A program made the position numbers and the translations under genes. A DNA stretch of 64,000 nt from assembly GCF_009914755.1 (NCBI RefSeq), contig NC_060927.1, one strand, 5' to 3'. The DNA comes from the human T2T-CHM13v2.0 reference genome, Homo sapiens. The stretch's first letter is position 1, and the number at the start of each line of letters is the position of its first letter. This document shows positions 1 to 20,240 of the stretch, in pieces. The notes below the pieces were generated by a model, which was given only the letters and a program-made list of their open reading frames with translations, did not search any database and was not told where the DNA came from.

Positions 1-95
1 AAGAAATTGAATTTGCTATAAAGCATAGTCACATAAAGAAAACTTCATGCCCACATGATTTCACTGGTGAATTCTAACAAACATGATGTGAATAT

Positions 96-445
96 TGCGT
101 TAGTCTGTTCTCATGCTGCTAATAAAACATATGTGAGACTGGATAATTTATAAAGAAAAAAAGTTTTAATGGACTCACAGTTCCACGTGGCTGGAGAGGC
201 CTCACAGTCATGACTGAAGGTGAATGAGGAGTCATGTCTTACATGGCGTCAGGCAAGAGAGCTTGTGCAGGGGAATTCCCATATATAAAACCATCAGATC
301 TTGTGAGAGTTATTCACTACCATGAGAACAGTATGAGGGAATTCACACCCATGATTCAATTTTCTCCACTTGGCCCCACCCTTGGCATGTGGGATTATTA
401 CAATTCAAGGTGATATTTGGGTGGGGACACCTCCAAACCATATCA
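96..445 (-). mobile_element. THE1 (ERVL-MaLR) solo LTR inserted in an old L1
   Basis: Ends ...gtggggacacctccaaaccatatca, the reverse complement of the THE1 start TGATATGGTTTGG; 350 bp; perfect 5-bp TSD AATAT at 91-95 and 446-450. Confidence 0.9.
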
Positions 446-450
446 AATAT

Positions 451-2270
451 ATATCAATAGTAGTACAGAGATTCTTCTGAGGATGTTAAAGGAACACCTC
501 CAAATGCATTATATGAGACTGACATAACTTGAAACCAAAATCTAACAGATATTAAAATAAAAGAAAATTTCAGATCAATATCCCTTATGAATGTAGATGA
601 AAAAATACTTACCACATGTTAGCCAATATATCCAATAAAAAATTGAAAAGACAATAAACTATTAAGACAAAATTGGTTTAAAATTGGAAAATCTGCTCTC
701 ATAAGGCACACTATTAACAGAATTAAAAGAAAAAAAGCTTAAGGCCATTTTAATAAATCTAGAAAAAGAATTTGTTAAGATGCAATCCATACCTACAATA
801 ACTCAGCCAGTTGCAAATATATAAAAGCTTCCTTCAACTAATAAAGGTATGCATGAAAAATGTATAGCCAACATCATAATTAATAGATACCTCATAAAGG
901 AAACATAAAAGTTGTCAATAAACATTAGAAAAATGTTCAACATTATTTGTTATGAGGAAAATAAAAAATAAACCCACAATGAGAGCTCAGATCCATCAGA
1001 AAGACAGAAAAGAAAAACAGACTAACATCACCAAATATTGTCAAGGGTGTGCAGCAATTGGGACTCTCACATCATTGGTGAGATTATAAAGTAGTAAACC
1101 ATGTTTGGCAAATGTGTGGCAGTTTCTTGTAAAACTTGAAAACTAACTAAAGCAAAACAAATAAACAAAATTTTTTATTCTACATCACAGTCATTCCACC
1201 TGTAGGTATTTAAACAATAGAATTTGAAATATCTACCCTCAAAAAAATTTTTACAAGACTGTTCCTAACAACTTTACTCAATATATAAACAAACCTGGAG
1301 ACACTTCAGGTGGCCATCAATAGAAAAATGGCTAAACAACTGTGAAATATTCTTACGTTGGAATACTATCAGGAATAGAAAAGAACTATTGACATATGCA
1401 ACAAACAAGATCAATTTGAAAAGCTGTTGGGATAAGTGCTCTATTAATAAACTAAAACTATGAGATGCTGGCATATGAATAGGCAAGTAGATCACTGGAA
1501 TAGAATAAACATCCAGAAGTAGACCCAAGTATATACAGAAATTTATCATATAGTGCATGATAAAGGTGGCACTTCAAATTACCAAGGCAACAAAGGACAT
1601 TTTAATAAATGGTTCAGGGACAATTGGTTAACCATTTGGAAAAAGATAAAATTAGATCCATACTTCACTATCATACTCAAGAACTTAACTCCAAATGGAT
1701 TATAGATCTAAATGTAGAAAAAATTGTAGCCATACAAGTTGTGGAAGAAAACACCTGTGAATTCCTTTTTAATCTCAGTGTAAAAAAAAAAAAGACTTTC
1801 TAGTTAAATTTCAAAAATCATATAAATAAAATATCAGTAACTTTACCTAAAAAATGACGGCAAATTTTATGGCTAAAAAACACCATATACTCAAAAGACC
1901 ACTGCAACACTTGAGATGAATATTTGCAATATATACTACAAACGAAGGGCTAATGCTCCTAATAATATAAAGAACTTTTAAAAATTAGTGACACTAAGAA
2001 AAAATTGAAAATTAAGCGAAAGACATACACAGAAAACAAATTAAAGGTATGTAACTGGGCTCTTAAACATGTGTAACAATATTTATCCTCATTTATAATT
2101 AGAGAAGTGCAAATTAAAACATCATTAAGATAATACTTCTCATCTATCATGCTGGTGAAAATGAAAAAGAATGACCTCACATTCTTCTGGAAAGGCTATG
2201 AGGAACCTGACACTAGAATACATTGCTACTGGCAAGACAAAGCTGGAACTATTCTGGAGGAAACATTTTC
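451..2270 (+). mobile_element. Degraded old L1 (L1M-type) ORF2/3' fragments
   Basis: A-rich plus strand with L1 ORF2-like phrases (cagatcaatatcccttatgaatgtagatgaaaaaatactt; gtagacccaagt...aataaatggttcagggacaattggttaaccatttggaaaaa). Bases 1-90 belong to the same type of element. Boundaries approximate. Confidence 0.65.
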
Positions 2271-3697
2271 AATGAATTAATTCAATTAATTTATTATTTA
2301 TTTATAATACCAAATTGTGTTGGCTCTTATATCTAATATATCAATTATATTCAGTCAAGTTTTTAAAAGTGCATTTGGCCGAATGTTTGATGATGATAAT
2401 TTTCAAAGATGTTTAAATTTTACTTCCTATTTGATCAAGTTTTTAAAAAGTTATATTTTTAGCATAAGAAGAATCAACTCGAAGAGATTACAATTTGCAT
2501 GCATATTTATTTCATAAATTCCTTCATTCTTAGGTCAATAATAAACTCCACTTGGGAAACGACATGCCCATTCTTAGTAAATAACCTGGCTTTGCACGCA
2601 TGCTATAAGAACATGTACTTAAAATATTTATTTAAATACTTTAACTTGGTTTTAAATCCTCTCCCGTGAATAAAAACCCCTTTCGTACGTGAGCAGTCAC
2701 TTGACAACTAAGATTACTTTTATGGACATTTCATTTTTAACTAAGCCTTACACATCTGTTCTACACACAAATTGCAATTTCAAAATGATCATAATTCAGA
2801 ATTTGGCCATAAAAAAGTAAGATTGAGTGATTTAAATGCATCAGTATAATCTTTGCTCAATGCAGCATATATTTATAAGGCTTCCTCAGGTTTAAGTTGT
2901 AAATTATAAAATGTATTCTCCTTATTTGTAAATTAGCTTCACAAGAAAAGAGTTTTATGATTACTACATATTTATGACCATCCAGACATCAATGTAAGAT
3001 TAAATTTAAATTCAAATTTATTAAAAGTGAACTACTAAAAAAATGCAGAAAAATGAAGCATTTCATAATCTATCTTTCTGTAACATCGTAAGAAAGGAAT
3101 AATTCACATCTCCAAAGGGAAAAATACAATTGAGATGACAATGATGCTTTAGCCAATAGGACTTCAGTCTTTGATGGCACTTACACAAGTTGAAGTGTAC
3201 TAAAATTTAATTTGTAATGTAATGATTGCTGAGAGATGAATACTTCATTTAAGCTATATTAATTGACTACAGAATTTTGCTGGTAAGCAACTGAATGAAT
3301 GAGTTTTAAAGAAATTAGTATTTTTTTCATGTATAAAGCTGTTTCTACAAACTTCTAAAGGTATATATTTCTCAATATTTTCTGCACCCTAGAAAGAACG
3401 TAATCCAATATTATAGCACAAACCACTTGAATAACTTAGAATTTTGTATTGTTCAGTCTTCACCTGTAAGAACCATCTGTTCAATTAAAATTTCACTCAC
3501 ATATGTACTAGATGTTTTTCTCACAAGTAGAAAGTTAGCAAAATACCATTTAATATTTGCAGTTAGTATAACAAAGCATGCAGTATATTAAAAGTATTAA
3601 AATGCATTACATGGATTTCATATCTAGGGATAAGCCATGACATATATGATCAGTTCAACTACATTTTAAATATCAGGTAATCTTACTCAAATAATTA

Positions 3698-3723
3698 TGT
3701 GTGTGTGTGTGTGTATGTGTGTA
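3698..3723. repeat. (TG)n microsatellite
   Basis: tgtgtgtgtgtgtgtgtatgtgtgt. Confidence 0.85.
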
Positions 3724-4368
3724 TTTTTAATTAATAGCTCTAAAATGTTTAAAAACTTAATTTTTGTGGAGGGTTTTATTGATGGGTAGGTGGGTAGATA
3801 TCCAGACTTAATTTAGTTAATCTTTGCACATGGAAAACAGTCATTTCATGCACATATGACTTTAGAAATATAGGAATAGGAAGATGAATTAAATAGCCAT
3901 TTCTGAGCTGTAGAAGGAAACTCCAGAACATCTGATGTAATTCCCAATTTAAAGTTTCCACCCACTCCAGAATATCTCCAACTAGTGTTTAAGAAGTCTG
4001 TTTATGAACTTCCATTATTAATCCCTATCTTTCTAGCCAGTCAGAGCAGTATTATTGCATAAAATTGAATTTTTAAAGCACTGATATAGAATTACAAATC
4101 TTAGTCATACAATATGTAAATGCAAGCTGAATTGACTGAATATGTTTTATTCTAAAGTGGTGAATATATTTAACACTATGGTTATTATTCAGAATCCTAG
4201 TAAATATGACAGGTCCAAATAACTACAGAAATAATTGGATACAGTCCACTTACAGTTATAAGCCATTGAATGAATAATTCATTCTGAAAATGGATATTCA
4301 AGGTGTCATTTTATTTCATAACAATAACAACAATAATAATAATATGACTCTGAGGTAGAGCTATATAC

Positions 4369-4744
4369 TATTATGGGCAGAATTATGTTCCCCCCAAATT
4401 CATAGGCTGAAGCTCTAATCCCCACTACCTCAGAATATGATTGTATTTGGAGATAGAGACTTCAGAGAGGTAATTAGTTAAAATGAGGTCATTAGGGTGG
4501 GGTCTAATCAAATATGACTGGTGTCTTTATAAGAAGAGTAAATTTGGACACAGATAGAGAAGATGACATGAAGACACAGAAGACAGTTATTTACAAGTGA
4601 AGGAGAGAGGCCTCAGAAGAAATCAACACTGCCAACATCTTGATCTCAGATTTTAGCCTCCAGAATTGTGAGAAAATAAATTTATATTGTTTCAGACACC
4701 CAGTCTGTAATACTTTGTTATGGCAACTCTAGAAAACAAACACA
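4369..4744 (+). mobile_element. MLT1B-like MaLR solo LTR
   Basis: tatgggcagaattatgttccccccaaattcata...ctcagaatatgattgtatttggagatag...aattgtgagaaaataaattt...tactttgttatggca matches the MLT1 architecture. Confidence 0.8.
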
Positions 4745-5959
4745 GTAGTCCCGGAAATCCTCTCTCAGGAGGTAATATTTTAGTCGAAATCAGCAAAGTT
4801 CAATGGCTTTGTAACGGTACAATTAGAGACCTTTATAGCTGAATTAATTTGAGCAGAAGAGTAGGAGGAAATTAGATCTAGAATATAGGCTGAGGACAAA
4901 TAACATTAGTGCCTACAAGTCACTTCTCCAGGGTCAGTGATGAAAGGAATGCACATTTATTATTCATAATTTCCTATCTCCTTTTGCAGAGCACTAATCT
5001 GAAAAACAAAATTTAACAACTGAAAACTAACATTCCAGAATTTCTAGGCTCTGAAATCTAATTACAACCAGTGCAGTAGAGATTGAAGTCCCAGTCATTG
5101 TTGGTTAGAATTTGATCAAGTAGTCAATTTGACACAGTAGTCCCATCTTTAAGCATCTTCTCCAAAAATAAAGACATAAATATTGAAGGATACAATATTT
5201 GTTATACCACTAGTTATACCACTAGTTACAGGATATAATATTTGTTACACCACTAGTTACAGGAAAGAAAATTTGAAAAATATTGACTAAAAATAAAACA
5301 CATTACAATACAAAATTTGCAAGAACATATACAAGCTAACTATCTAACAGAAAGAACACCTACTGAGAAATATTTTTTTTCTTTCTCCTCAGAGTATATT
5401 TAAATTCTGCTGTATATGATATATTATAAATTGGAATGTGACCCTTTATAGCTTTTCAAACTTTTTTCCACATAATTTTATATTTTGATGACACTGAGAA
5501 ATAGATATTATCTCTGTTGTAAAAACAACAAAATACAGTAAGATTGAGAATGGTAAAATATGTGATTTCAAAACTAGTGAGGAGCTTTTAAAATCACCAG
5601 TTCCCAGGTAAGTTGGAAGATGGAAGGAGGAGTTCTCAGATGATCACCGTATGAAGAGTTCACTAACATCTGTTGAGCAAGAAATAAACGACTGTTGGAT
5701 GCAAGCATGAAGTTTTGGCTTCTCTATTTATAGCACTTTTGCCTTCTCTAGTATGAATAGTACGAAGAGAGTTTTATGGTTTAAAATTTAAAACTACACT
5801 GCTGATCTGCTCCTTTTGAATCATTGAAACATTCAAAAGTTACAGATAACATCATAATGTAAAGCATTAAATATTCAGTTCCAAATGAAAAGGAAATTCT
5901 ACAAAAATTTGAGATATGAAGCAAGAGATACTTAGAGTATAATAACTGTAATACTCACA

Positions 5960-7360
5960 TTAGAAAAAAAAAGGAAAGACCTAAAGTTCATAAGCTAAGT
6001 ATTCAATTCATGAACAACATAAAATCCAAGAAAGAAGGAGGAAAATGTAAACATAAAAGCAGAAACAGATGAAATGGAAAGCGAAGAAATAATAGATCTT
6101 ATCAACAAAATCATATGCTAGTTCCTTGAGAAGACTAATAACTTGAATATGGAACACTAGTAAGGAATGTAGTCACAAAAATAACACCACGACCACATGA
6201 TATAGTTTACAGTTGATATATATTGGGATTTTTAAGAAATGGATAAATTCTGTCATATGTAAAATGTTGGTTAAATATTTTGAAAGACAAAAAATTACAG
6301 GTATTTTTACATATCTAGTTGAATGTAATAGTAATAATAGAGAAGGGCATTTGTGATGGTTACTTTTATAACTTGAGTGGGCCATAAGTTGCCCAGGTAT
6401 TTGGTCAAACATTATTCTGGGTGTTTCTGTGAGGATGAGTTTTAAGTAAAATTGATATTTAAATTGGTAGAATGAATAAATCAGATTACCCAACCTAGTA
6501 TCAATGGTTCAGTATTGAAAGCAAAGAAAATTGTGGGGCAATTGCTTTTGTAAAGATAAATACAAAACCATAAATAAAATAATAGCATACCAGTGATATA
6601 AATGCATATATGTTTATGTACACACACACGTACACACACCATGATCAGGTGGAATTATTCCTAGGAATGCAAAGAGATCTAATTAATTTTGATACATGAA
6701 TCATTTAAAGTGATTTTAGTGGTAGTTAAAATAAAAGAATTTGGTAAAATTTAAAGCTCATGTATGAAACACATACAGAATTATAAGAAAAACTATGTTA
6801 TTGAACAAAAGCTACTTATCAAAAAATCTGTAGCAAACATCAGTGTGATAAAATAACTATAAAAATATTATCTAAAAGTAAGAAACAAAACAAAATTACC
6901 CACTAACATGGATTCTATTCAACAGGATATTTACTAGAAGTCCTATGTAGCCCAATAAAAGTAGAAAAAGGAATAAATCATACAGGAATAGCAAAGGAAT
7001 TACTTTAAATATTTTCATAATTTTCTACAATTATTGTCAATACAGAAAACTCAATAGAATATAAAGATAAAATAAAGCCAAATAAACAAAATTAAAATGT
7101 ATAAAATCAATGTAAAAATCAATATTTTAATATTTAGCAAAACTGATTTCAAAATAAAAATTTAAAAAACCGAACTCACAGAAACAGCATCCCAAGTGTC
7201 ATATAGGAATAAATCAAATTAAATATATTCAAGATCTTTATAGATAAAATTATTTTTCAAAAATAACTAATGCATGTGTAAAAAAGACCTAATAAATAAA
7301 TGGAGTGATAAACCAGATTAATATATAGGAAGACTCAAATATCAAAAAGATAATAATATA
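5960..7360 (+). mobile_element. Degraded old L1M ORF2 fragments with an embedded MLT2-like LTR fragment (~6352-6500)
   Basis: L1-like phrases (atgatcaggtggaattattcctaggaatgcaa; tattcaacagg...ctagaagtccta; taggaagactcaaatatc). tgtgatggtt...gcccaggtatttggtcaaacattattctgggtgtttctgtgagg is an MLT2 5' end. Confidence 0.55.
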
Positions 7361-7982
7361 TTTTGTGATGAGTTTCAAAAACTTGATAAATACAAATTAG
7401 CACAGTAAAGAAACATAAATGGCATAGAGTCCTCTCCTTTATTCACATGTTTATTTACTGCTTTAATTATTTTTCTTTTTGGAGGAATGGCATAACCTTT
7501 TGAAATGTCTAGGTTAAGGTTTGTTGTGACAAGAATTCTTTAAATGTGGAGGATGTCTGAAATTATTCAGAAGTTTTTAAAGCATATTTCATAACTAATT
7601 GCTTAAAGATAAATGTGTAGTTTTATTTAAGTTGGATTATGGCTAGGAATGCTCTATTCCAAAGCTAAATATTCACTTAGATAAATGTAGTGAAATTAGT
7701 AAAAATGTAGGGCAGTATAAGCTGGCACATCTTCCATTATAAAAAGTAACCAAACATATATATTTAATAAAGGAAATTTAGTATTAGCCTATTCAATGTA
7801 ATGTCTTTTTATTTTTAATTTAACTTACAAAGAAATCTAGTGTGATTCCTAGGACTCTATTTACAATGATGGAAATTTTCTGCTTTAATGCCTTATTAAA
7901 TAGTTGGATATTTTAAGCTTCTATTTCTCTTGCTACTAGCACCAATTAAGAGTTGCGAATATAATTTATACATCCGTATTAA

Positions 7983-9299
<1,317 letters not shown>

Positions 9300-9300
9300 C

Positions 9301-9363
9301 CATATATATATGTATATATGTATTTATTTATGTGAGTGTGTGTGTGTGTGTGTGTGGTGTGTG
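9301..9363. repeat. (TA)n/(TG)n simple repeat at the retrocopy tail
   Basis: atatatatatgtatatatg...gtgtgtgtgtgtgtgtgtg. Confidence 0.8.
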
Positions 9364-9777
9364 CATAACTTATTGAATGTCTGGTTGTTAATGCTGCAGA
9401 GGGCCTTCTGTAGTTAAGAAAGTTTCTGAATCATTGTGTACACACTTTGAGAATGTCTGAGAAACATCATCAAAGAAGAACTTTGATGCTTCTGACTTTA
9501 TGTTGTTTCCAAAAGATTTTTTTAAATCTCACAGCATTGCAGTATAATTTAGTGTGTTTCTTCCAAAGTTATGACTTCTGAATATTTCAAATTAAATTAG
9601 GATGCAAAAAGGTTTTTAAGTCATCTGGCTTACGGTGAGCAAGAAGGAGCCCATTACAGTGCTCCATTTGACACAGCAAACCTTCTGGATCATCAAGCAT
9701 CCTGCATGAAATACTGCAATTATATTAAAATATAATGATTCTCAGCTTCATAAATAAGCTTAGAAAACAAATCCCCA

Positions 9778-10042
9778 AATCCACAGATACAATAAATAAC
9801 ACAAACACTTTAGAGCCTGACTTTCTTTATCCATTTGCACATTTGGAATGTGCAAATGCTATTTCCAAGATGTCTTTGGAAATACGTTATTAACTGATGA
9901 AAAATTATTTTTTATCTCAGAATCCATGGATACAATACCACAAAAACTTTAGAACCTGAATTTCTTTATCCTGTGCAATTGTTATTTCTAAGATGTCTCT
10001 GAAAAGAATATCTTATTATTAACTGATGATAAATTGTCTTTT
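9778..10042. repeat. Diverged ~130-bp tandem duplication (two copies)
   Basis: Copy 1 (9778-9912) aatccacagatacaata...ctttagagcctgactttctttatcc...ttattaactgatgaaaaatt; copy 2 (9921-10042) aatccatggatacaata...ctttagaacctgaatttctttatcc...ttattaactgatgataaatt. Confidence 0.85.
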
Positions 10043-11226
10043 CAAATAAGCAAAATGGAAGACTCTGAGGTATTAATAGAAGTATTTAACTAACCTGAGA
10101 AATCTAAGTATTCCTCTTTTCTCAGTTAAAGTTTCATACTCTTATTTGAACTAAAAGTTCAAGTGTTTCACTTTTCTTGTCAATGCATAGCTTCCTGTTT
10201 TACATTAGAGCAAAAATTTTAACATTCTATTGTAAATACTGATTTCTGTTCAGGAAGCATGTGTCTGAGATACAGGATAGAGGACAGGAGGGACCAGGAG
10301 GAATCATTTAACTATTTTTCTATTCATTCAAAATATTAATAGAATTCTTCTGTGATCTTGTCACTATGATTGCTACAGTGGTTTTAGGAAGGTATGAAAA
10401 AAACAGTTGGATATACCTAAATGAGTTTCTTAGTGTCACTCACATAGAGCTGGGTACCATCATTAAAAAGCAAAATCTGAATTTTTAATAATTTAGATCT
10501 TTACTATGGTCTTCATTGTATAGGAAAGTATGAATTTACACAGCTGATTACATATTAAATGTTTCTAAAAATCATTTTTTAATCTTTTTCTCTTCCCAGT
10601 ATTTCCAATATAGCAACTATTAAAATTGCTCTCTCTCTTCTACTAGTGTAGTCCATGCATCGTGACATTGCTATAAATCCAGGCTTTCCTTCCTCCTGTC
10701 TCTTGGCATATATATCCAAACCTGACAAATACTTCCTGTCATGTATAGCTCCCAAACCCACCTCTCCCAAACTTCCCTTTCCTGCCATTCTTCCTTCTGC
10801 AACTGCAATCCTTCATCACTCAGAATCAACTCCATTCTCAACTGCTTTGATATTATCTTCACCCTCCTCTTACTTTCAGCCAAGAACTGGCTCTGTCTTA
10901 TGAATCCCTGGGAAACTTTCAAGTTAAATTATCTTGAAAGAAGAGTCATACCTATACCTCATTACTATATCCAAATCATTCTCACTGTCTCCTCCCCAAA
11001 ACTTAAAATTCTTTTTCTTATTACTATACATTAAATTTTGGGGTACATGTGCAGAACATGCAGTTTTGTTACATAGGTATACACGTGCCATGGTGGTTTG
11101 CTGTACCCATCAACCTGGCACCTACATTAGGTATTTCTCCTAATGTAATCACTCCCCTAGCCCCCCACCCCCCAACAAGCCCCAGTGTGTGATGTTCCCC
11201 TCCCTATGTCCATGTGTTCTCATTGT

Positions 11227-16029
<4,803 letters not shown>

Positions 16030-16092
16030 TATGATCCTAGCTGGTTGTTTTGCCCTTTAGTTGATGCAGTATCTTGATAGTGTTGATGTTCT

Positions 16093-17117
16093 TTACAATT
16101 TGGTATGTTTTTGCAGTGGCTGGTACCAGTTGTTCCTTTTCACGTTTTGTGTTTCCTTCAGGAGCTCTTGTTAGGCAGGGCTGGTGGTGACAAAATCTCT
16201 CAGCATTTGCTTGTCTGTAAAGGATTTTATTTCTCCTTTGCTTATGAAGCTTAGCTTGACTGGATTTAAAATTCTGGGTTGAAAATTCCTTTCTTTAAGA
16301 ATGTTGAATATTGGCCCCTACTCTCTTCTGGCTTTTAGGGTTTCTGCCAAGAGATCCGCTGTTAGTCTGATGGGCTTTCCTTTGTGGGTAACTCGACCTT
16401 TCTCTCTGGCCATTCTTAACATTTTTTCCTTCATTTCAACCTTGGTGAATCTGGCAATTATTTGTCTTCGGGTCACTCTTCTTGAGGAGTAACTGTGGTG
16501 TTCTCTGTATTTCCTGAATTTGAATTTGGACTGCCTTGCTAGGTTGGGGAAGTTCTCCTGGATAATATCCTAAAGAGTGTTTTCCAACTTGGTTCCATTC
16601 TCCTCGTTACTTTCACATACACTAATCAAACATAGATTTGGTCTTTTCACATAGTCCCATATTTCTTGGAAGCTTTGTTCATTCGTTTTTATTCTTTTTT
16701 CTCTAATCTTGTCTTCTCTCTTTATTCCATTAAGTTGATCTTCAATCACTGATATCCTTTTTTTCTTCTTGATCAATTCATCTATTGAAACTTGTGTATG
16801 CTTCATGAAGTTCTTGTGCTGTGTTTTTCAGCTCCATCAGGTCATATATGTTCTTCTCTACACTGGTTATTCTAGTTAGCAATTCCTTTAACTTTTTTTT
16901 CAAGGTTCTTAGCTTCCTTGCATTGGGTTAGAACATGCTCCTTTAGCTCAGAGGAGGTTGTTATGACCCACCTTCTGAAGCCTACTTCTGTCAGTTCATC
17001 AAATTTATTCTCTGTCCAGTTTTGTTCCCTTGCTGGTGAGGAGTTGTGATTCTTTGGAGGAGAAGATGCTTTCTGGTTTTTGGAATTTTCAGCCTTTTTG
17101 TGCTGGTTTCTCCCCAT
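16093..17117 (-). pseudogene. L1 ORF1 remnant (frameshifted)
   Basis: MGRNQHKKAENSKNQKASSPPK and QEIWDYVKRPNL fragments. Confidence 0.9.
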
Positions 17118-18609
17118 CTGTGTGGATTTATCTGCCTTTGGTCTTGGATGTTGGTGACATTCGGATGGGGTCTTTGAGAGGACATGCTATTCCTTTCTGA
17201 TTGTTAGTTTTCCTTCTGACAGTCTGGCCCCTCTGCTACCTGTCTGCTAGAGTTTGCTGGAGGTCCACTCCAGACCCTGTTTGCCTGGGTATCACCAGCA
17301 GAGGCTGCAGAACAGCAAAGATTGTTGCCTGTTCTGTCCTCTGGAAGCTTTGTCCCAGAGCGACACCTGCCAGATGCCAGCCAGAGCTCTCCTGTATGAG
17401 GTGTCTGTCAGCCCCTACTGGGAGGTGTCTCCCAGTCAGGACACACAGGGGTCAGGGACCCATTTGAGGAGACAGTCTGACCCTTAGCAGAGCTCAAACT
17501 CTGTGCTGGGAAGTCCGCTGCTCTATTCAGAGCCCTCAGGCAGGGACGTTTTAGTCTGCTGAAGCTGCACCCACAGCTGCCCCTCTCCCCAGGTGCTCTG
17601 TCGCAGAGAGATGGGGTTTTATCTATAAGTCCCTGACTGGGGCTGCTGCCTTTTTTCAGAGACACCTGCCCAGAGAAGAGAAATCTGGCAGTCTGGCCAC
17701 AGCAGCCTTGCTGAGCTGCAGTGGGCTCCACCCAGTTGGAACTTCCCAGAGACTTTGTTTACACTGTGAAGGTAAAACTGCCTACTCAATCCTCAACAAT
17801 GGCGGATTCCTCTCCCTCCATCAAGCTGGAGAGTCCCAGGTCAATCTCAGACTTCTGCTTGCAGCTAGAATTTCAGGCTAGAGGATCTTAGTTTGCTGGG
17901 CTCTGTGGGGGTGGGACCCGCCGAGCCAGACCACTTGGCTCCCTGTCTTCAATACCGCTTACCAGGGGAGTGAACGGTTCTGTCTCACTGGCATTCCAGG
18001 CGCCACTGGGGTATGGAAAAAAAAAAAAAAAAAAAAAACTCCTGCAGCTAGTTCAGTGTCTGCCCAAATGGCTGCCTAGTTTTGTGCTTGAAACCCAGGG
18101 CCCAGTGGGGTAGGCACCGGATGGAATCTCCTGGTTTGTGTGTGGTGAAGACCATGGGAAAATCACAGTATCTGTGCCAGAGTTCCTCAGGCTCAGTCCT
18201 TCACAGCTTCCCTTGGGTAGGGGAGAAAATTCCCTGACCTCTTGCACTTGCTGGGTGAGACGATGCCCCACCCTGTTCAGCTCGCCTTCCATGGGCTGCA
18301 CCCCTGTCCAACCAGTCCTGGTGAGATGAACTGAGTACCTCAGCACCTTAGTTGGAAACGCAGAAATCACCCGCCTTCTGCATCGATCTTGCTGGGAGCT
18401 GCAGACCGGATCTGTTCCTATTCAGCCATCTTGCCAACAATCTCTCAAAACTTAAATTTCAAATTCAATGTCAAAATGCTTACCTGAGTCATAACATTTA
18501 GTTATAATATTATCTACATAGATGACTCTTTCAATACTCTGGCACATTTCCAAGAACATTTAATACTCATAAAAACCCTATGAGGTAAATATTATTAATA
18601 ACCTATTAC

Positions 18610-19810
18610 AGCAAAATTGCTTGAAAGCACTGTCTCTATTCTGAATTTTCAATTACTCTCCTTCTCTTCATTAAATCAATTCCAAGAGATCTTCCTCTCC
18701 TGCCATGACATTATGTTGACAAATGTGTATCTCTAACTAGACTCTTAACTCTCAAATGTAATGACTATGTACAAGTGATTATCTAACACCCTTATGGACA
18801 TCTAAAGTTCACCACGACTAAAATTCTCACACCCTCCTGCTCTTCATGTGACGTCACGTCTCTAATAAATGGGAAATTTATACATTCAGTTTCTCAGGAA
18901 AAAATCCAGAGGTTATTTTTCACCCATTTCTCCCTCTCACAGTCTTTACTCAAAGCATCAGCTAATTCTTTTGGTATCAGCTTCTGAATAGATACAGATT
19001 ACAACCAGTTCTTACCACTTCCAACACCACCATCCTACTATATATAAGGCCACCATAAAGTCATCCCCAGTGACACATTTTCAGGAATGCTACATAAGCA
19101 ATTATTTGCCAGATAAACAGCTTCAAACTGAGACTCCAGGCAGAGCAAAACTTGGGGTCACCCTAGATCAAACTACCATCAAATTCTAGCTATGGCCTTC
19201 TAAATGATAATCTATGCTACCCCTGCATTTAGTTAGCAACTAACACTCACAGTGATCACATCTCTGTACAAACTTCATACAATCCAATGGTTCCCCATGT
19301 TCACCAGATTTTAATCCAAAATTTTCATAATTACCTAAAGATCCAGTTGAAGGTAGTCACCACTACCTTCCCCACCCCCATTACCTCTTTGGCCTCACCT
19401 TCTTTGCTTGTTTTATACGATTGTAGCCATCCTTTCACCTAGCTAATGATAAAACATGCCAGGTCGTTGTACTTACTGCTCTGACTGCCTGAAATGCTTT
19501 CTTCAGATAGTCCCTGACTTCCTCCATCACTCTTGTACATTCTCTGTACAAATGTTACCTTAATGCAACTACTTAAAATAGCAACTCAACACTCACTATT
19601 CCTGTTCTCTGATTTATATTCTCCTTAGCACTTAGGACTATGTGGCATACTATATTATAATTAAATATTTGTTTTCTGTAATACCCACTATTATGTAAAT
19701 TCTATGCGTGAGCATTTATAAAAATAATAGATTTATAAATTCTTGAAGATCATCTAGCAAATATTAGAGATTCAATAAATATTTGTTAAATAATTGAATA
19801 GATAAATGAG
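18610..19810 (+). mobile_element. L2 fragments including the 3' end
   Basis: L2-like phrases (ttcttaccacttccaacaccaccatcc; tgcctgaaatgctttcttcagatag; aaatgttacctt) ending ttcaataaatatttgttaaataattgaatagataaatga. Confidence 0.6.
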
Positions 19811-20059
19811 ACTCAGTGAAAATTTGATTCAAGAAAAATGGTAGATATTTCTTCAAATATTTTTATATTTAGTATGTTTGGTATTCACAAAGTCAGATGC
19901 ATCACTTATAAATGCCCAGATTCTAGCAGGTAATTCCTTCTCAAGGAACTATAAGTGCAAAAAAATTAAAATTCATGTTTTTAATTTTATTTAGAAGAAG
20001 TTAACTCATTATCATAATATAGACAAATCTCCATCCAGAATGATTATTAATAATTTCGG

Positions 20060-20240
20060 TAGATACTGTTTTCAAGGAGGTAGAACATACTTCTTCACTT
20101 CTCAAGTGTAGGCTATGCATAGTAACTTCTTTTCAAAGAGCACCAAAAGGAAAAGGGGAAAAAGGTGAGTTTTTCAGTAGAGAAACTTGACCCACATTAC
20201 CTCAACCAGGTGACCAAGATTAACCTCAACAGTAATAGAA
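20060..20240 (+). mobile_element. Old L1 (L1MC/MD-type) 3'UTR fragment
   Basis: aagtgtaggctatgcatagtaacttcttttcaaagag...cagtagagaaacttgac...acctcaaccaggtgaccaagattaac. Confidence 0.5.

Noticed and set aside
351-362. A DUX4 site in the THE1 LTR
   Set aside because: It reads tgattcaattt rather than TGATTCAATTA, so the site is degenerate.
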